From an uncultured Chitinophagaceae bacterium (lineage in GTDB: Bacteria > Bacteroidota > Bacteroidia > Chitinophagales > CAIOSU01): a stretch of 64,000 nt of DNA. The stretch covers positions 71,583 to 135,582 of the forward strand of contig CAZIZP010000001.1 in assembly GCA_964543705.1 (NCBI GenBank), given 5' to 3'. The notes under the pieces are model-generated. The model was not told the DNA's origin. It did not search any database and saw only the letters and a program-made list of their open reading frames with translations. The position numbers and the translations under genes are program-made. Positions 62,972 to 64,000 of this stretch are shown here, piece by piece. Position 1 is the stretch's first letter; every line of letters starts with the position of its first letter.

Positions 62972-64000
62972 TTTTTGTTTGAAACAATAATTTGTTTTAC
63001 CACTTTATTATTTCTGAATACATTATGCAGGTAATAAATTCCTGACGGCAAGTGCTTAAAAGAAATTTTTATCTCGTTTTCTGAAATGTAACCTACATCA
63101 ACAAGTTGCTTTCTTCCGAGATTATCATAAACTTCTATTAAAATTGGTTTAAATGTGTATTTTACAAAAACATTATCATCAAATGGATTGGGATACACAA
63201 CAATATTATTTTGCATATCTTTTTCTAAAACTGAAAGAAGGGGGTCACTATATTTCAGAAGAAACATATCTGCATCTTGTGTTTGTACCAATGTTGTATC
63301 ATCTAATTGCAACAAAGCATAATAATAACCTGTAACATAAATATTATTATCTTTTCCTATTGCTGCAGCCATTGCTAATTGAAAGTTTGGCCCACCACCT
63401 GTTGTAACCCATTGGTATTGACCATTACGATTCCATTTTGCCAAAAAAATATCTTGTTGTTCGCCAGTGCCGACAAAGTCATTTCCGAAGTAGGCAAAAG
63501 AATCTATGGCCCCACAAACAAATATGCTACCATCATCGGCTACAGCTATACCAGTACCAATGTCAAGCCCATTATATCCTTCATGTGTAGCCCACATACA
63601 CAAGCCTTTAGCACTATATTTTGCAACAAAAATATCGTTATAACCTCGCGCCAATATAGTAAATGAACCAAAATATGCCTCAGCGGAAAAGTAACCAGTA
63701 ACGTAAGCATTTTTATCTTCATCAACAGCAATAGCATACCCCGCATCACCCGTAAGGCTTCCCGCTTGCTCTGCCCATTCCCAGGCACCTAAAGAATCAA
63801 TTTTAGCGATAAAAATTTCAGAACTCACGCTTGGCGTAAATAATTCTACATTACCAAAATCGGCACTATTTTTAAAAGAGCCTGTTATATAGCAGCCTTC
63901 TTCATTATCAGTGGCAATTCCCAATCCCAAATCTTCCTGATTGCTTCCTGCTCTGTTAGACCATATAATATCTCCATTGCTGTTATATTTAGTTACGAAA
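62968..64000 (-). CDS. Beta-propeller repeat (SBBP-like) protein with T9SS type-A C-terminal domain; 5' end outside window
   Basis: The frame is open to the window edge; the listed start at 63930 is a TTG. Repeated ..G.AIAVD..GN.YVTGYF......FG motifs. Tail VVYPNPFDDNVFVKY...IEVYDNLGRKQ...LPSGIYYLHNVFRNNKVVKQIIVSNKN. Confidence 0.8.
   Translation of the reverse strand, partial: FVTKYNSNGDIIWSNRAGSNQEDLGLGIATDNEEGCYITGSFKNSADFGNVELFTPSVSSEIFIAKIDSLGAWEWAEQAGSLTGDAGYAIAVDEDKNAYVTGYFSAEAYFGSFTILARGYNDIFVAKYSAKGLCMWATHEGYNGLDIGTGIAVADDGSIFVCGAIDSFAYFGNDFVGTGEQQDIFLAKWNRNGQYQWVTTGGGPNFQLAMAAAIGKDNNIYVTGYYYALLQLDDTTLVQTQDADMFLLKYSDPLLSVLEKDMQNNIVVYPNPFDDNVFVKYTFKPILIEVYDNLGRKQLVDVGYISENEIKISFKHLPSGIYYLHNVFRNNKVVKQIIVSNKN

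Noticed and set aside
1-64000. Mobile element, prophage or defence-system genes (integrase, transposase, restriction, toxin-antitoxin, Cas)
   Set aside because: No ORF in any frame showed recognisable recombinase, nuclease, methyltransferase or ATPase motifs. The accessory character of 1-55.8 kb rests on surface-protein and signalling genes, repeats and the tRNA fragment only.

Overview
AT-rich Bacteroidota chromosome segment. The assignment rests on T9SS type-A and type-B C-terminal sorting domains, FISUMP and SprB-repeat proteins, and a TAnnTTTG-type -7 box. It falls into four blocks. (i) 1-9.9 kb holds small lipoproteins, a TPR-SpoIIE phosphatase and one 1141-aa surface protein bracketed by interspersed repeats. 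(ii) 10-33.5 kb is a dense signalling island. A tightly packed minus-strand array stacks three accessory-sensor -> histidine kinase -> single-domain receiver modules: GlcG-like + FIST + 1713-aa multi-PAS kinase + REC; porin + PBP-like + transmembrane kinase + REC; DUF3050-like + FIST + sensorless kinase + REC. A PLP-decarboxylase fusion and a membrane protein follow. Encoded divergently are two LuxR-type response regulators, a GAF/PAS hybrid kinase-REC-HPt, a sigma-factor fragment lacking region 4, and small zinc-ribbon ORFs. (iii) 34-55.8 kb holds two mirror-image loci of giant secreted adhesin-like proteins, separated by two convergent paralogous ~484-aa helical proteins. (iv) 55.9-64 kb is ordinary core (def, ruvX, rpmA, rplU, COX3-like, ferredoxin and others). 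The most notable observations are these. Three giant proteins lack either T9SS CTD and share a C-terminal module ending exactly in GG(E/Q)MRVNE-stop. A 38-bp composite palindrome (TAAGTA-N4-TACTTA twice, 6-bp spacer) recurs five times in intergenic regions of blocks i-ii. The stacked sensor/kinase/receiver array has no output domain of its own. A tRNA 3'-half fragment sits at the accessory/core junction. No rRNA, complete tRNA, CRISPR array, transposase or integrase was seen. All domain calls come from reading motifs by eye, not from database searches.
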